A stretch of 64,000 nt of DNA from Moniliella sp. 'wahieum' (GCA_003971905.1 RSEE01000072.1:1-64000), one strand, 5' to 3'; shown: positions 10,755 to 24,031, numbered from the stretch's first letter. Program-made: numbers and translations. Notes: generated from the sequence alone by a model not told the origin.

Positions 10755-11282
10755 GAGGGCGCGGCGCGAGGGAGGCGGCAGGGGCGGAGGTGGGCGGCGC
10801 AATCGGACGATCCCTGGGCGATCAGCATCGCCTCAGCAGCGGGGGGGCGTGTGGTGTGGTGTGGTGCGTGTGGTGCGGCGCAGCGCAGGGGCAGTGCGCG
10901 CGCCGCCGCGTAGGGTTGGGGTGGGCGCCTGCGCGGAGGGCGTGGCTCGGGGCGAGTGTGTGGCGCGTCGGGCGCAGCAGCGCCGGGTGGGCGAGGGTGG
11001 GGCTGGCACGGCGGCGCTGTGGCTGCGCGCAGGCGGGGCGCAGGCGGGCGCACGGGGGCGCAGGCAGGCGCAGGCCGGCACTGGCACGCACTGGCGCGCC
11101 CTCGGCGGCGCAGGCGGGGCGCAAGCGACGCGCAGCCAACACCACCCGCTTCCCCTCGCCTCCGCCCGCCGCATCCACCCGCTGCCCCCGGCGCCCAACC
11201 CAACCCAACCCAACACCCAACACCAACACCCAACACCCAACACCCAACACTCGTTTCGCTGCCCGCCGCGTCGCTGCCGCCC

Positions 11283-12099
11283 ATGCCGCCCCCGCCCCCC
11301 GCCGCCTCCTCCTCCCCCGCGCCCCGTCGGCCGGCCCCACGCCCTCCGACCTCGCCCGCATCCACGAGGACGACGAGAACGCCCACGCCACACCCACACC
11401 ACGCCCACTCCCACTCCCACGCTTCGCCGGCACCAGCGCCTTCCAGCACGCCATGGCCCGCTCCCACGCCAACGCCCAGCTCCCCCCCCGCCGCCAGCAC
11501 ACCCGCCGCATCAGCCTCCAGACCCGCCCCACCCCGCCGCCCACACCCCGCCCCCAACCCCACGAGTACGACGACGGCACGGCCACCGACGACGGCGCCT
11601 CCACCGTCGCCTCCTTTGCCACGACTCTGCCTTCGACCCCACCCCGCGCCCCCTGCGCCCGCCGTCGCCCTCGGCCCTGGCCCTGGCGCGCCGCTGCCGC
11701 TGGCCCTGCCGCTGGCTCCGCCGCCTCCCGCCACGCCCCGCCCGCCGCATCCGACTGGCGCCGCTACCCCGCGACGCATGCCAAGGCCGTCTCCGTCGCC
11801 CCGGTCCCAGCCCAGCTCAACGGCGGCCCCGCCGCCTTGCCCGCCGGCTTCCCTGCCCAGGCCCACCAGCGCCGCGCTTCTTTGGCGTTGCGTCGTCCCA
11901 GCAGCCCGATGCGATGCAGGACTATGTCTCGGCCCAGCATGCTGCGCTGCAGCAGCAGATCGATGTAGGTCGTCTCCCCGTTTCTGTCCGTGCGTTCGGC
12001 ACAGCACCCACTGACCCGTCTGTCTCCCTCCTCCCAGTTCCTTAAAATGCAGCAGCAGTCGCTTGCCCAGCAGCACAACAGCACAGCAGCAGCAGCAGC

Positions 12100-12143
<44 letters not shown>

Positions 12144-15100
12144 GCGGCAAGACCAAAGAGGAGCAGCAGCAGCTCGCCCGTCTTCGTAACCCTCACCGCC
12201 GCACCCAAAGCTACGCCCCTCAGGCCCATTCCAGCTCCTCTCCTGGCCCCGGAATGGGTTTGGGACGGATGGGTCCGGCAGCGAACGGGCCGATGGGTCT
12301 GCCCCGCCCGCCCGGTGGGTACGGGCTGATGGGGGGATTCCGCCGGCAGCGTACACTGCCAACGAATATGGCGTGCCTTCCTACGGTTCCTCGGCCGCTC
12401 CGGGCCATGGCCGCCGGCACAGTGTGACCATCACCCCTCGTGGTGTGCCGTCGCGCCCGGGTCAAGTACCGACGGCGGCGCCCGTTCCGGATGGATCGGC
12501 GTCGCGGCATGTACCGCGCGACTCGTATGCTGCCCCGCAGGCGTTTGCGCCTGCCCCGCCGGCACCTGGCCCGGCAAGCTACCAGCTGGCCCAGGCAGCG
12601 ATGCAACTCCAGACTCTGGCGCCCGAGTACCTTCTTGCTGGAGGTGGCCTGCTCAACGTCGATGCCCTGGGCGGGATGGGAATGCACGATTTGGCCGATG
12701 GATTTACCAGTGGATACGACGGGTTCCCCGCCTCCCTGCCCGGTGCAGGCCAGGGCGGCGCTCGCCGTGGACACGGTCGCCAAGGTTCGGTGGGTCGGTC
12801 CATGTCCCAGCAGGCGATTAAGCCCAAGGTGCTTGACCTGGTCCAAGCCCAAGCTCAGCTTGCTCGCTCCACCACAGCCGCAACCAGATCACCACGGGGC
12901 GCATAGCCGTATGGCCTCTATGGCCTCTTCCTTCCCGCTCGGCCATGGTCGGTCCGAGTCGTTTGGCAATGCGGCCTCACTCGGTGGTGGTGGCGGCGGT
13001 CGGAAAGCGCTGTTTGGCTCGTACCTCCCGCAATCGGCTTTGCTCCGCTCTTGTCGACGGGCAAACTGGTGGTCGGGGTGTTGCGAATCAACAAGCGCAA
13101 CCGAGGCGACGCCTACGTCACCACCGAAGTGCTCGATGGTGACATCTTCATCTCGGGCTCTAAGGATCGCAACCGTGCGCTCGAAGGTGACGTGGTCGCG
13201 GTCGAGTTGCTCGACCCGAACGAGGTGTGGAACATCAAGAAAGAAAAGGAAGACAAGAAACGGCGCAAGGAAGAAGCGACAGGTGCCGGTCGTCCTGGCC
13301 ATCAGACCATGCCGTCGGTCAGCGGCGGGCTGCAAGGGTCCGGCAAGCCGGTCAACAAATCCAACGACGACATTGAAGTCGAAGGCGCCCAGCTGGCCTT
13401 GATTGAAGACGAGACGGATTACGACGAGCGGCCGCCTGCGTTGGCGGGCCATGTGGTGGCCATCGTTGAGCGTACGCCCGGCCAGCTCTTTTCTGGTACC
13501 TTGGGTCTGCTTCGCCCTTCGTCCGCAGCCACCAAGGAGAAGCAGCAGGCGGAGCGCATGGCCCGTGGGCAAGTCGATACCTCGGCCGCGTCCAAGCCCC
13601 CTGGTCCGGGCGGCGGCCGCGCATTGTGTGGTTCCGGCCGACAGACAAGCGGGTGCCACTGATTGCCATCCCGGCCGACCAGGCCCCCGCGCTGAGTTCT
13701 GGGACGAGGAAGGCAACGCGCACGAAACACATTTGCCAACCGTCTCTTTGTGGCATGCATCAAGCGATGGCCCATCACCTCTCTCCACCCCTTTGGTGCG
13801 CTGGTAGAGGAGGTGGGGTGATTGGAAATGTCGAGGCACAGACCCTGGCGCTGCTCAAGGACCATGTGCATGGCTACCGAGCACTTTTCCGACGCGACGT
13901 TGCGTCTGTGGCCCGACCCGCTCCCGGGCCAGGCCGCGTGGACCGTGCAAGAGAATGATATGCAGGGCCGCCGCGACCTGCGGGAATGGGAAACATTTAC
14001 GCTTGCCCCCGTCTCGGCCCCGGCATTGGCGTTGGAGGTGCAGCAAGAGGCAGAGCAAGAGGTTGCTTACTCGGTCCGTTCCAACCCCGATGGCTCGGTC
14101 CAACTCGCTGTGCACGTGGCCGATGTTGCGTTGTTCGTCCTGCACAGCGGTGGACCGCGACGCGCGCAAGCGCGGCGCCTCTGTCCAGCTCGTCCAACGG
14201 TCGGTCCCGATGCTGCCACCCGGTCTGTCGGAAGACGCGGCGGCGCTGCCCCTCGCTCGATCGGTTGGCGATCAGTGTCATTCTCACTCTGGCGCCCTCG
14301 TCCGATGCAGAGACGTCGATGGAAGAGGGCCAGGTGAGGACATGCCAAGCGGAGGTGACGGACGTTTGGATTGGGCGGACCGTGGTTCGTTCGGACGCGC
14401 ATGTGGACCCGGTTTTGCTCACCGCCGTCTTGGAGGGACACAACGACCGACTTTCCGCCTCTGTGGCGGAGGGAGTGCGCGCGGCGCATGCCCTTGCGCT
14501 GCGTCTGCGCTCAGCGCGCGATGCTGACGGCCAACTGGATGCGCTGGTTGCACATGCTCCAGGACTCGCATTTACCCTCGATGCCAACGGTCTGCCCACC
14601 GACGCCTCTGTCCGCCGGCCCGGTGAATCGGAGACGATGGCGCATGAGTTTAGTGTGGCGGCGAATGCGGCTGTGGGTGCGCGTTTGGTCGCTGCTTCCC
14701 GACTCGGCGCTGTTGGTGCGGCAAGATGCGCCTTCGGCACGCAAGCTCGAGTTGTTGGCGAGCAAGATGGCCAAGGTGGCGCCTGGGATCAAGTGGGACC
14801 TTGGTTCGGCGACGGCGTTGGACCGGAGTTTGGCTGCGCTCAAGCGATGGGCTGACGAACGGGTCGGGAGCGAGCGAGAGAGCATCTCCAGCGCCAGCGA
14901 CAGCGGGCTGCGCTGCTCGCCTTGGCCCAACGTGCGTTGATCCGGCCAAAGCGTTCTCGGCGGGCATGGTGGACATCTCAAAGTACTCCCACTATGCACT
15001 GTCGCTCCCGTTGCTCACTCACTTCACTGCTCCGCTCAGCCGGTACGCCGATGTGGCGGTGCAGCGGCAAGTGCTCGACGCTCTGGTTGAGCCGGCGTCG

Positions 15101-16206
15101 CTGTCCGGGTCCGAGGCCGGCTCGGGAGGGGACAAGGACGGTGCCGAAGTCAAAGCCAAGGACGCTGGGGCTCAGAGACCGTGGGTACCGACCCGGCAGC
15201 CAAGCCGGTGGCCAAGGAGACAGTGGCCAAGGAAACGGTGGCCAAGTTGGCACAAGTGTGCAACGCCAAGTTGGCCGCTGGCCAGCTGGCTGGGGAAAGC
15301 AGTGGCCATCTGTACCTGTGTCTGTTGGTGCACGACCTGACGATGCGGTACGGTGCGGTGATTCGCAATGCGACCGTGACGGCCGTGTGCCCTACGGGGC
15401 TGGACGTGCTGGTGCCAGAGCTGAATGTGGAGAAGCGGGTGCACGCGGACCTGTTGCCGGTGCATGCGGCGCTGCACGATGCGGCGAGCGGGACGCTGAC
15501 GCTGCACTGGCGGAACGGGGTGGACGTGCTACAGCACTTGGACGAGACGTCGGCGGATACGCATGCGCGGCGGTTGCGTGAGTTGGCTGCGACGCAGCTG
15601 GCCTTGATGGAGACCACGTCGCTCTCTACGGCCGAGACGGATGCGCTGTTTGACCAGGACACGTTGGACGAGGAAGAACGTGCGGCTCAGCGGACACGTC
15701 AGGCAGCACTGCACGCCCTCATGTCGGGCCAAGACGCGCGCACATCAGCTCAACGGTGGAAGTCTTACCAGCTGTCGGAGTATGCGCGGCGCAACCCTCT
15801 CCCGCTGCGTTGGGCGGGGAACCGATGCGGCCATCCGACAGCTCCGTCTCGACGGAATCCTTGGCTTCGTCCCATCTCGGTGCCGCAGGCAGTTCAGCTA
15901 GCTCCACCACTACCGTCCCGCACGACGCTAGCAGTTCCAACGCTCCCACCACGGCTCTGACGCTGCGGGGATCGTGTCCCCCCCGGAGTTGGCGTGGCGG
16001 CTGTGCCTGGGGCAACGGTCACCCATACGGCGGCTGCGCCGCGCGCCCCAGGTCCGTTGGGTAGCACCGTACAGACCATTGCGGAGCTCGACACGTTGCC
16101 CGTCATCTTACTGTCGGACATGACCAAGTCCCCCCCCGTGCTCAAGGTGTATGCGGTCAACCCGTTTGCTCCCACGGGCTCTTGGACATCGCCCGTGGTC
16201 ATGTGA
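11283..16206 (+). CDS. SSD1: Ssd1, RNase II/RNB-family pseudonuclease and mRNA-binding translational regulator
   Basis: Motifs RKALFGSYLPQ, GVLRINKRNRGDAYV...GSKDRNRALEGDVVAVELLD, GHVVAIVERTPGQLFSGTLGLLRPSS, VWFRPTDKRVPLIAIP, YSHYALSLPLLTHFTAPLSRYADV and C-terminal KSPPVLKVYAVNPF. Intron 11965-12037. Gln-rich N-terminus with HxRxxS sites. Multiple indels. Confidence 0.93.
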
Positions 16207-17431
16207 AGCTGTAAACCTGTGAACCTGCGAAGTGCGAACAGTGGAAGGAAGCTGTCTCATGGCGCGCCACGGCAAAGCTTGTCCTACCTTCCCCCTCTGT
16301 CCTGTGGCTCTAGTGGACCCCATGGGACGGTCCCCCCCAAGTTCCTAGTTCCAAGTCCCAAATTCTCCGCTCCAAGTTCCAAGTTCTCTGCTCCCAATTC
16401 TCTGCTCCAAGTTCCCCGTTCAGGCCGATGCTGCGGCCCAAGTTCCGGCCAAGCTCAGGCTCATATCCATTCTTCTTCCATGCACCCATGCACCCATCCA
16501 CTCCACTCCACTCCACTTCAATTCAATTCAATTCAATCCACTTCAATCCAATCCATTCTGCCTCATCTCGGTTCTTGAGGTCTTGCTCTTGCTCTTGCTT
16601 TTGCTTTTGCTTTTGCTCCTGGCCCACTCCGCTTTACTTTGTCTTCCTCTCTTCGCTTCGCGCTGCACCCCGTTTTTGGCCATCTTTTTTTTTCCTTTTT
16701 TTCTTTCTTTCTTTCCTTTCCCGCGCGCGCCCCTTATCGCCTCACCCCCCCCCCCCCCCCCTTCCCCTGCCGCCACGTCTCTTGCTCTCTTTACTCCTTC
16801 CTGCTGGTCCCATTCCAAATGGCCGGTTCTGGGCGGCTGCATTGGTCCCAACGTATGCTTTACTACGCCTACCCTGGATCGGCCTCTTCGCCCCGCGGCC
16901 GCATCTGGTTGGGATGGGATGCTTTTTTTTCTCTTTATCTTCTCTTTCGTTCTCTTCTTTTGCCTACTGTGGATGGACCCAGGACGCTAAGCCCACCCAA
17001 GCTAAACCAAGCTAAGCTAAGCTAAGCCAACCCAAACCAAGCACAAGCATGTTTGCAGGGGCTTCCAAGTTAAACGCGAAACGCGAAACAAAACGAACCG
17101 TGAGCAGATTTGATTTGGCCGATTGGCTTGCACTAGATCTAGATCTTCTTTGCTTTTGCTGTTTGCTCTTTGCTGTTTGCTGTTTGCTGTTTCTACTAGT
17201 AGAAGTTCTAGTAGTACTCAGGTGGGAACCGGGCGCCGAGGCTGGTCATATAGTGCCTCCTTCTCGTAGCACTACTACCTCTGTTTTTTGGTCGAGTTCC
17301 AGGGAACGAGTTTGGTGGGAGGTTCCAGTGTGCATTCCGGATTCCATAGTACTACCTTCAACGGACGGCATCGATAGCGAGGCAGGGACGAAGCAGTCTT
17401 ACTTTAATACTAACCTTAGCGGAGTCTGACA

Positions 17432-17913
17432 TGTCACAGGGGGCGTATTCTTTCTATATATAGTCTCACGCGTCACGGGCGAAGACGGGCTCGCGAGCAC
17501 GGCGGAACCTACGTGCGCCCTTCGCCTTCCTAACCCCGTCCCAGGTTGGTCAGTGGGTCGGATCCGACCTGATCCGATCTTCAAGCTAAGGCCCGTCTGG
17601 TCTCATAAGAGAGCTCGATCCTAAGTTTAATCCAGTTCCATCGCGGCGGGCTCGACCGCCAGCGCAATATTATCATCAAGTCTACGTATCCGAGCGACAA
17701 CGGTCGCCTTCCGGCTCAGTTAATTGAGGATCCCCGTTTCGTAGTTCCCCGCGTTCCCTTTGTGTTCTTGCGACGCTAATCGCCCCATGCTGTTGATCGT
17801 ACTCCTCCTTTTAGTTGCTCCTCCAGCCCCCGTCGTCAGCTCTCAACTGCCCCCAGCCAAAGTCCAGCCCAGTTCAGCGTGTGTGATCCAGCCTATAGCG
17901 CCCGCCCCTGATA
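17432..17913. mobile_element. Possible degenerate solo LTR
   Basis: Starts TGTCACAGGGGGCG and ends CGCCCCTGATA (imperfect terminal inverted repeat). 482 bp with no ORF, ending ~110 bp before homology of the protease duplication begins. No TSD found. Confidence 0.25.
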
Positions 17914-18793
17914 TATAGTGCCATGGGAACAATCGGCGCGAGGCTCGGAGGGCTTTCAGCGAGGTAGTTTGTTGGATCGAAAGGTGGCCGACGTTGGTGG
18001 GATTGGTGTTGTTGCCAGCGCGACAAGGACCACAGCTGGCAAGCCTTAGACATGGCTGCTTATATACAACAGAAGGAACCAGGCCTCAAGTGCCTCATGA
18101 CATGTATAGACAGAATGCGGGGCACTTGCCAGAGAGGCAAAAACTAATGCACAGCCCATGCTTCAACGGCACTGATGCTGCGTCGTCGGGCGCAGCAGGA
18201 AGGGTTCTGCCAATACTGAGTGCAATGGGCACAAAGCATCGTCCAATGAGCCCATAAGACCATGGCGAGCTGCGGATGATATACGCAGCACGGACAAGAT
18301 GTCGACTGGCTCTCTCTAGAAGTGTACGATGATAGTTTATCCGACAGATACCCCATGGTTGTCACTTGTGACCTGGAGTTCTGATGGTCCGCAAGGGTGA
18401 TGCTGGTGGTTTTGTGGTCACAATAACCAGCCATGCCTGCAGAGGCACATCACGCCGCGAGTCGCCATCAGGGCTAACTATTAAGCTGCAGGACAAGGAT
18501 AATAATTTAGTAACAGAAGGAAAACAGCGGAACTCCTAGGCCTGAGGAGGAACTGAAGGGACAATGGCCAGAGCGCGAGCCGCCCAGCTTAACGACACTT
18601 TGCCAAAGTAAGTCGTGCCGCTCTCCTCAGGGAAGAGCCCCTAGAATCGCCCCTCCTTCACCCTCCAGTAGAATATAAAACCGGCGCATTCACCAGTCCC
18701 TTTTGCTCTTCTTTTCTCCCACCCCCCATCACTCCTCTCTCCTCTCCCCAAGTACCTTCTTTTCCTCCTCCACGTCTCACACCACTTTTGATC

Positions 18794-20411
18794 ATGCTTC
18801 TTTCCAACACCTTCGTCGCCCTTACTGTGGCGCTGGGAGCCACGGGCGCACTGGGCGCCCCGTCGCCCACGGGCCACCGTCGGTCAATCGCCCTGCCGCT
18901 ACAGCACAACGAAGAACGCAGCCTGTTGACTGACGGTGAGGTAGACCAGAGCAAGGTAGCGTCCGAACTTGCCCGCTTGCGCTCCAAGTACGCCGCCGGT
19001 ATGGCCAACTACGAGCACAACGTCGGTCACAAGCACATGCTTGACGCTACTCATCTTGTCCATCATCGCGGCACGGGCAATGTCCCTCTCGATGTGCAAT
19101 TAGGCGGTATGCGATGGACTGGCCCGGCCGAATGGGGCGGTCAGAAAATCCAACTTCGTACGTCGTAACCGTCCCACTCCCTCCTATCCACCATTCTGGT
19201 TTTTTCCAAAGAGACCACCTAGGACCCCACACTTCCCCTTGAGCTATTCATGCGGAAGCGGTTCATGCGGAATCGCATCGTGGATGGAACGCTAACGTGA
19301 AAGGTTTGCGATACATGCAATGTGACGAACAGTTATTGACACGGGCAGTTCGGACACGATTGTCAATCCGGATGCCTACTCGCCGTCGAAGTCCAGCTCA
19401 TCAAAGGACACGGGCACGACGTTCCACGCTGCTTATGGAACCGGTTCTGTGACTGCTTCAGGGGAAGTTTACTCGGACACGCTGAGCATTGGAGGTGTGT
19501 CGGCGAACACTGCGTACATTGGACATGCCAACAAACCTTCATGAGCAACGAGGGGAACAGTCAGGGCTTGGCGGGATGGCCTTCCCTTCCCTCTCCTCCT
19601 TTAAACAAAAGGAACCCTTCTTCAGTCTCTCATCAAGGCCGGTGGCCTGGACCAGGAAGGATTCACCATGAAGCTCCGGACCGAAGGAGCGTCGACGATG
19701 ACCTTGGATCCATCAGCTCCAGCGCCGAGTATATCCCGGTCACCAAGCCAGCCTACTGGTCAGTCGCAGGCAAGATTAACGACCAATCCATCACAGCCGT
19801 CATCGACTCGGGCACAAGTATGATTGTTGGTGCGTCCCACTCCCACCTCTTGGATTGTTTCGATACCTGAAAAGGCAACATATACTGACCTCGGAGTTGC
19901 GTTGCCGTTGTGTGATTGGGCGTTGATCAATGATCCATACACAGCCCCCCCGTCCCAGGCCAAGCAGCTGCAAGTCGCTTGGGCTGCAAACGCAAGAAAG
20001 CGACGGCTGGCTCGAGGCGGCGTACAATTGCTCTTCTCCACCCGATGTGAGCATGACGTTTGGTTCGAAAACCATCCCTTGGGCAATGCAACGACGTACG
20101 GGAAGAGTGGCCGATTGTGTTTGTTTACCGTTTGGGCAGGGACCTGGGGATTGACGGATGGGTCACGGGCGATTCGCTGTTCCGCAATACGGTACGTAGA
20201 ATTATATCCAATGTGCTCTTCTTTCTTCTCTTTTGTTTTCTTTTTCTCTCCCTCCTTCCGCCTCTCAACAGTATCTCGTGCCATACGGAGCAAAGGGGGG
20301 AGAGAGGACGGGATGCACACGGCGTGGGACTGACAATCATATGTACCTGCGCGACGTGGTGTCTAGGTGATCTCCTTCGACGTGGCCAAACAACGCGTTG
20401 GGTTCGAGTGA
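18794..20411 (+). CDS. Secreted pepsin-like aspartic protease (family A1), copy 1
   Basis: Signal peptide MLLSNTFVALTVALGATGALGA, propeptide, catalytic IDTGSSD and IDSGTS, flap YGTG, WVTGDSLFRN and C-terminal FDVAKQRVGFE*. Three introns. Confidence 0.92.
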
Positions 20412-22445
20412 GGACCGCCAGCATGCCCGGGGGGTCGTGTACGTCGCGGGTAGTGGATCCACGCCATCCCCCAAGACTCGTGTGTGTCTGCCCTTTGTTC
20501 AAGTTAATCGGCGCACGCCCCATCGATTCCTCCTTTTCTTGTTCCTCCACCTCTCTCTGCGTGTGCGGCAAGTACCGATCCATCAACGTACTTGACGTGC
20601 ATGTCGCATGCGCTTCGTTTCCCAGGGGGAAATCTTTAACTTCTTTTGTTGATCCTTGTCCACTACTACTCTTTTCTCTGCTACGTACATTTCGTCGCTC
20701 ACACCAGTGGCAGGTGTGCGACGACGCTGGCCGTCTCGCACCGCCTGTACTGCTGCGACGGAAGAATGAATTAAGGCGAATGAATTAACGCCAGGATGAT
20801 GTTGCCAGGTCCTCACCCACCGGCGCCTTGCCTCATTCGTAGATGTGAATGCCAGACCCAAGAGTTCCGCGCGCAGGCCAGCAGGCCACGTGTCCCCTCC
20901 TGTCCCACTGCTTGTTCTGTCATTTTCGCAACCACCTCTTCCCCCTTCCCCTTCTTCTCGCTCACCTCGTTACTTGAAGCTGGATTACTACTCGCTGATC
21001 GTCTGTGGTTTAGTGCCTAGTAGGTATCTCGGGTCAGAGCCTTCAAGCGTCGCTACACTCTCTTGACGCGTGACGCGTGACGAGAGATGGCAACCTTAAT
21101 AGGCGTATAAACCCTTGGACAGGCCAATCTCGGTGTCTCGCACGTTAGGTCCCAGTTCTTCAGATCCTGGTTGAACGCGCGTTGAACGTTGAACCGCCGA
21201 GCAGGTGTAGAGGCGAGAGAGAGACCCTCTAGTTTGGGTGGCTGCCTGCGGGAAAAGGCTGCAGCTCAGACCCTACGAGCGGTAGGAGCCGCGTACGTAA
21301 TAGGTCGTTAGACCAGCTGAAGGGGTCCAAAAGCTCCGAAGTTACTCTGTTCCTCGCGGTGATACCACACTCTCTGTCGGCCTCGCTACTACCACAGAAT
21401 GTGAGCACTGAACGTCGTATTGACTAAGAAGCTTCTGCGACTGACTCGTCCAGAAGACTGGTGCGAGCTCGGAAGGAATGAAAGCTGACTCACGTGACTC
21501 AGGGTCCGCGCGGTCCTAGGACGGATGTCAACACTCTCGGTAGCTGTAGTACTGTAGGCGGGAAAAGACAGAGTCCTAAACAAGAGAAAGCGCTACTGAT
21601 GTGATCGATGAGAGTAACCGCGGCTTGCAGCGCACTCGAAGTAAGCGGTAAATTCGTAAGCGTAAGGGTGGTAGAAAAGAGAGAGGAAAGAGTAGTCGGG
21701 AAGACCAAAGACAGGATGGTTGACAAGGACCACAGCTGGCAGACTTTAAACAAGGCTGCGTATATACTCCAGAAGGAACCAGGCCTCAAGTGCCTCATGA
21801 CAGATATAGACAGAATGCGGGGCATTTCCCAGAGAAGTAAAGACTAAGGCACAGCTCATGCTCTCAACGGCGCTGAAGGCGCTAAAACGGCGTAGCCGGG
21901 GCGCAGCAGGAAGGGTTCTGCCCATATGAGGTGCAATGGGCACAAAGCATCGTATCAATGAGCCCATAAGACCCGGATGGCGGGCTGCGGATGATAGTTT
22001 ATCCCACATGTAGTACCCTATGGTTTTCACTTGATGAGACCTGGAGTCCTGATGGTCCTCGAGGGTGATGCTAGTGGTGGTGGGGCGCCAACCAGCAATG
22101 CCTAGTACGGCGGAACATCACGCAGACAGTCGCCATCAGGGGCTAAGCTGCAAGACAAGGAGTAACACAGGAGAGCCGGAAAACAACGGAACTCCTAGGC
22201 CTGAGAAGGAACTGAGGGGACATTGGACACAAAGCATGAGCCACCCAGCTCAACATCACTTTGCCATAGTACGTCGTACGCTCTCCACAGGGAAGAGCCC
22301 CTAGCATCGCCCCTCCTTCACCCTCCAGTAGCATATAAAAACCGGCGCATTCACCAGCCCTTTTCTCTTTTTCTCCCACCCCCCATCACTCCTCCTCTCT
22401 CCCCAACTACCTCTTTTCCTCCTCCACGTCTCACCACTTTTGATC

Positions 22446-24031
22446 ATGCTTCTTTCCAACACGTTCGTCGCCGTTGCTGTGGCGCGGGAGCCACGGGCGC
22501 ACTGGGCGCCCCGTCGCCCACGGGCCACCGTCGGTCAATCACCCTGCCGCTGCAGCGCAACGAAGGGCGTAGCCTTTGACTGACGGTAAGGTAGACCAGA
22601 ACAAGTTGGCGTCCGAACTTGGCCGCTTGCGCTCCAAGTACGCCGCTGGTCTGGCCAACTACGAGCACAACGTGGGTCACAAGCACATGCTTGACGCTAC
22701 TCATCTCGTTCCGTCGCGGCACAGGCAGTGTTCCTCTCGCTGTGCAAAACGACGAGGAGCTATGGACTGGCTCGGCCGAGTGGGGGCGGCCAGAAAATCC
22801 AACTTGGTACGTCGTCGTAACTGTCCACTCCCTCCTATATCTATTTCTGGCTTCTTCCAAAGAGTCCACCTGGGAGCCCCACACTTCCCCTTGAGTTGTT
22901 CATGCGGAAGCTGCTAACCTGAGAGGTCTGCGATACCTGCAATGTGACGAACAGATTTTGACACGGGCAGTTCGGATACGATTGTCAACCCGGATTGCCT
23001 ATCTCCGGCGAAGTCCAGCTCATCAAAGGACACGGGCACGACGTTCAGCGAAGCTTATGGAACCGGTTCTATGCGTGCTTCAGGGGAAGTTTACTCGGAC
23101 ACGTGAGCATTGGTGTGTGTGTCGGCGAACATTGCGTACATTGGACGTGCAGACGAAACCTTCATTAGCAACGAGGGGAACAGTCAAGGGCTTGCGGGAT
23201 GGCATTCCCTTCCCTCTCCTCCTTTACGCAAAAGGAACCCTTCTTCCAGTCTCTCAAGGCCGGTGCCCTGGACCAGGAAGGATTCACCATGAAGCTCCGG
23301 ACCGAAGGAACGTCGACGATGACCTTGGGATCCTCAGCTCCAGCGCCGAGTATGTCCCGGTCACCAAGCCAGCCTACTGGTCCGTCGATGGCAAGATTAA
23401 CGACCAATCCATCACCGCCATCATCGACTCGGGCACAAGTGTGATTGTTGGTGCGTCCCACTCCACGTCTTGGATTGTTTCGATACCTGAAAGGCATTAT
23501 ACTGACCTCGGAGTGCGTTGTCGCTGTGTTATTGGGCGTTGATCAATGATCCATGATCCATGATCCATGATCCACAGCCCCCGCGTCCGAGGCCAGGCAG
23601 CTGTACACGTCGCTTGGGCTGCAAACGCAAGAAAACATATTAGAAGGCACGGTCCAGGCGACGTACGATTGCTCTTCTCCGCCCAAGGTGAGCTTGACGT
23701 TTGGTTCGAAAACCATCCCCTTGGGCAATGCCACGTCGTACGGGCAGGGCTACAGCGGCCAGTGTGTTGCCGTTGAGGGCTCAGACGGCAGGGGACGACG
23801 GCATGGATCGTGGGCGATCCGCTGTTCCGCAACACGGTATGTAGAATTTTATCCAGTGTGCTCGTCTTTCTTCTCTTTTCTTTCTCTCCACTAGTGGTCT
23901 CTCGAGCCATATTGAGCAGAGGGAGGCGGGGTATTTCAACGACCTGGGACTGACAATCTTCTGAACCTGCGTGACGTGGTGTCCAGGTGGTCTCCTTCGA
24001 CGTTGCCAAACAACGCGTTGGATTCGAGTAA
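22446..24031 (+). CDS. Secreted pepsin-like aspartic protease (family A1), copy 2
   Basis: Paralog of copy 1 with FDTGSSD, IIDSGTS, WIVGDPLFRNT and FDVAKQRVGFE*. Same three introns. Indels are probably sequencing errors. Confidence 0.88.

Noticed and set aside
10499..12229. Long overlapping ORFs (e.g. 576 aa minus, 475 aa plus) and similar antisense ORFs across the window
   Set aside because: Stop-poor shadows of GC-rich low-complexity coding DNA with no domains.
21206..21395. Short TG...CA element between the duplicated units
   Set aside because: Terminal inverted match is weak, there is no TSD, and it is short for an LTR.
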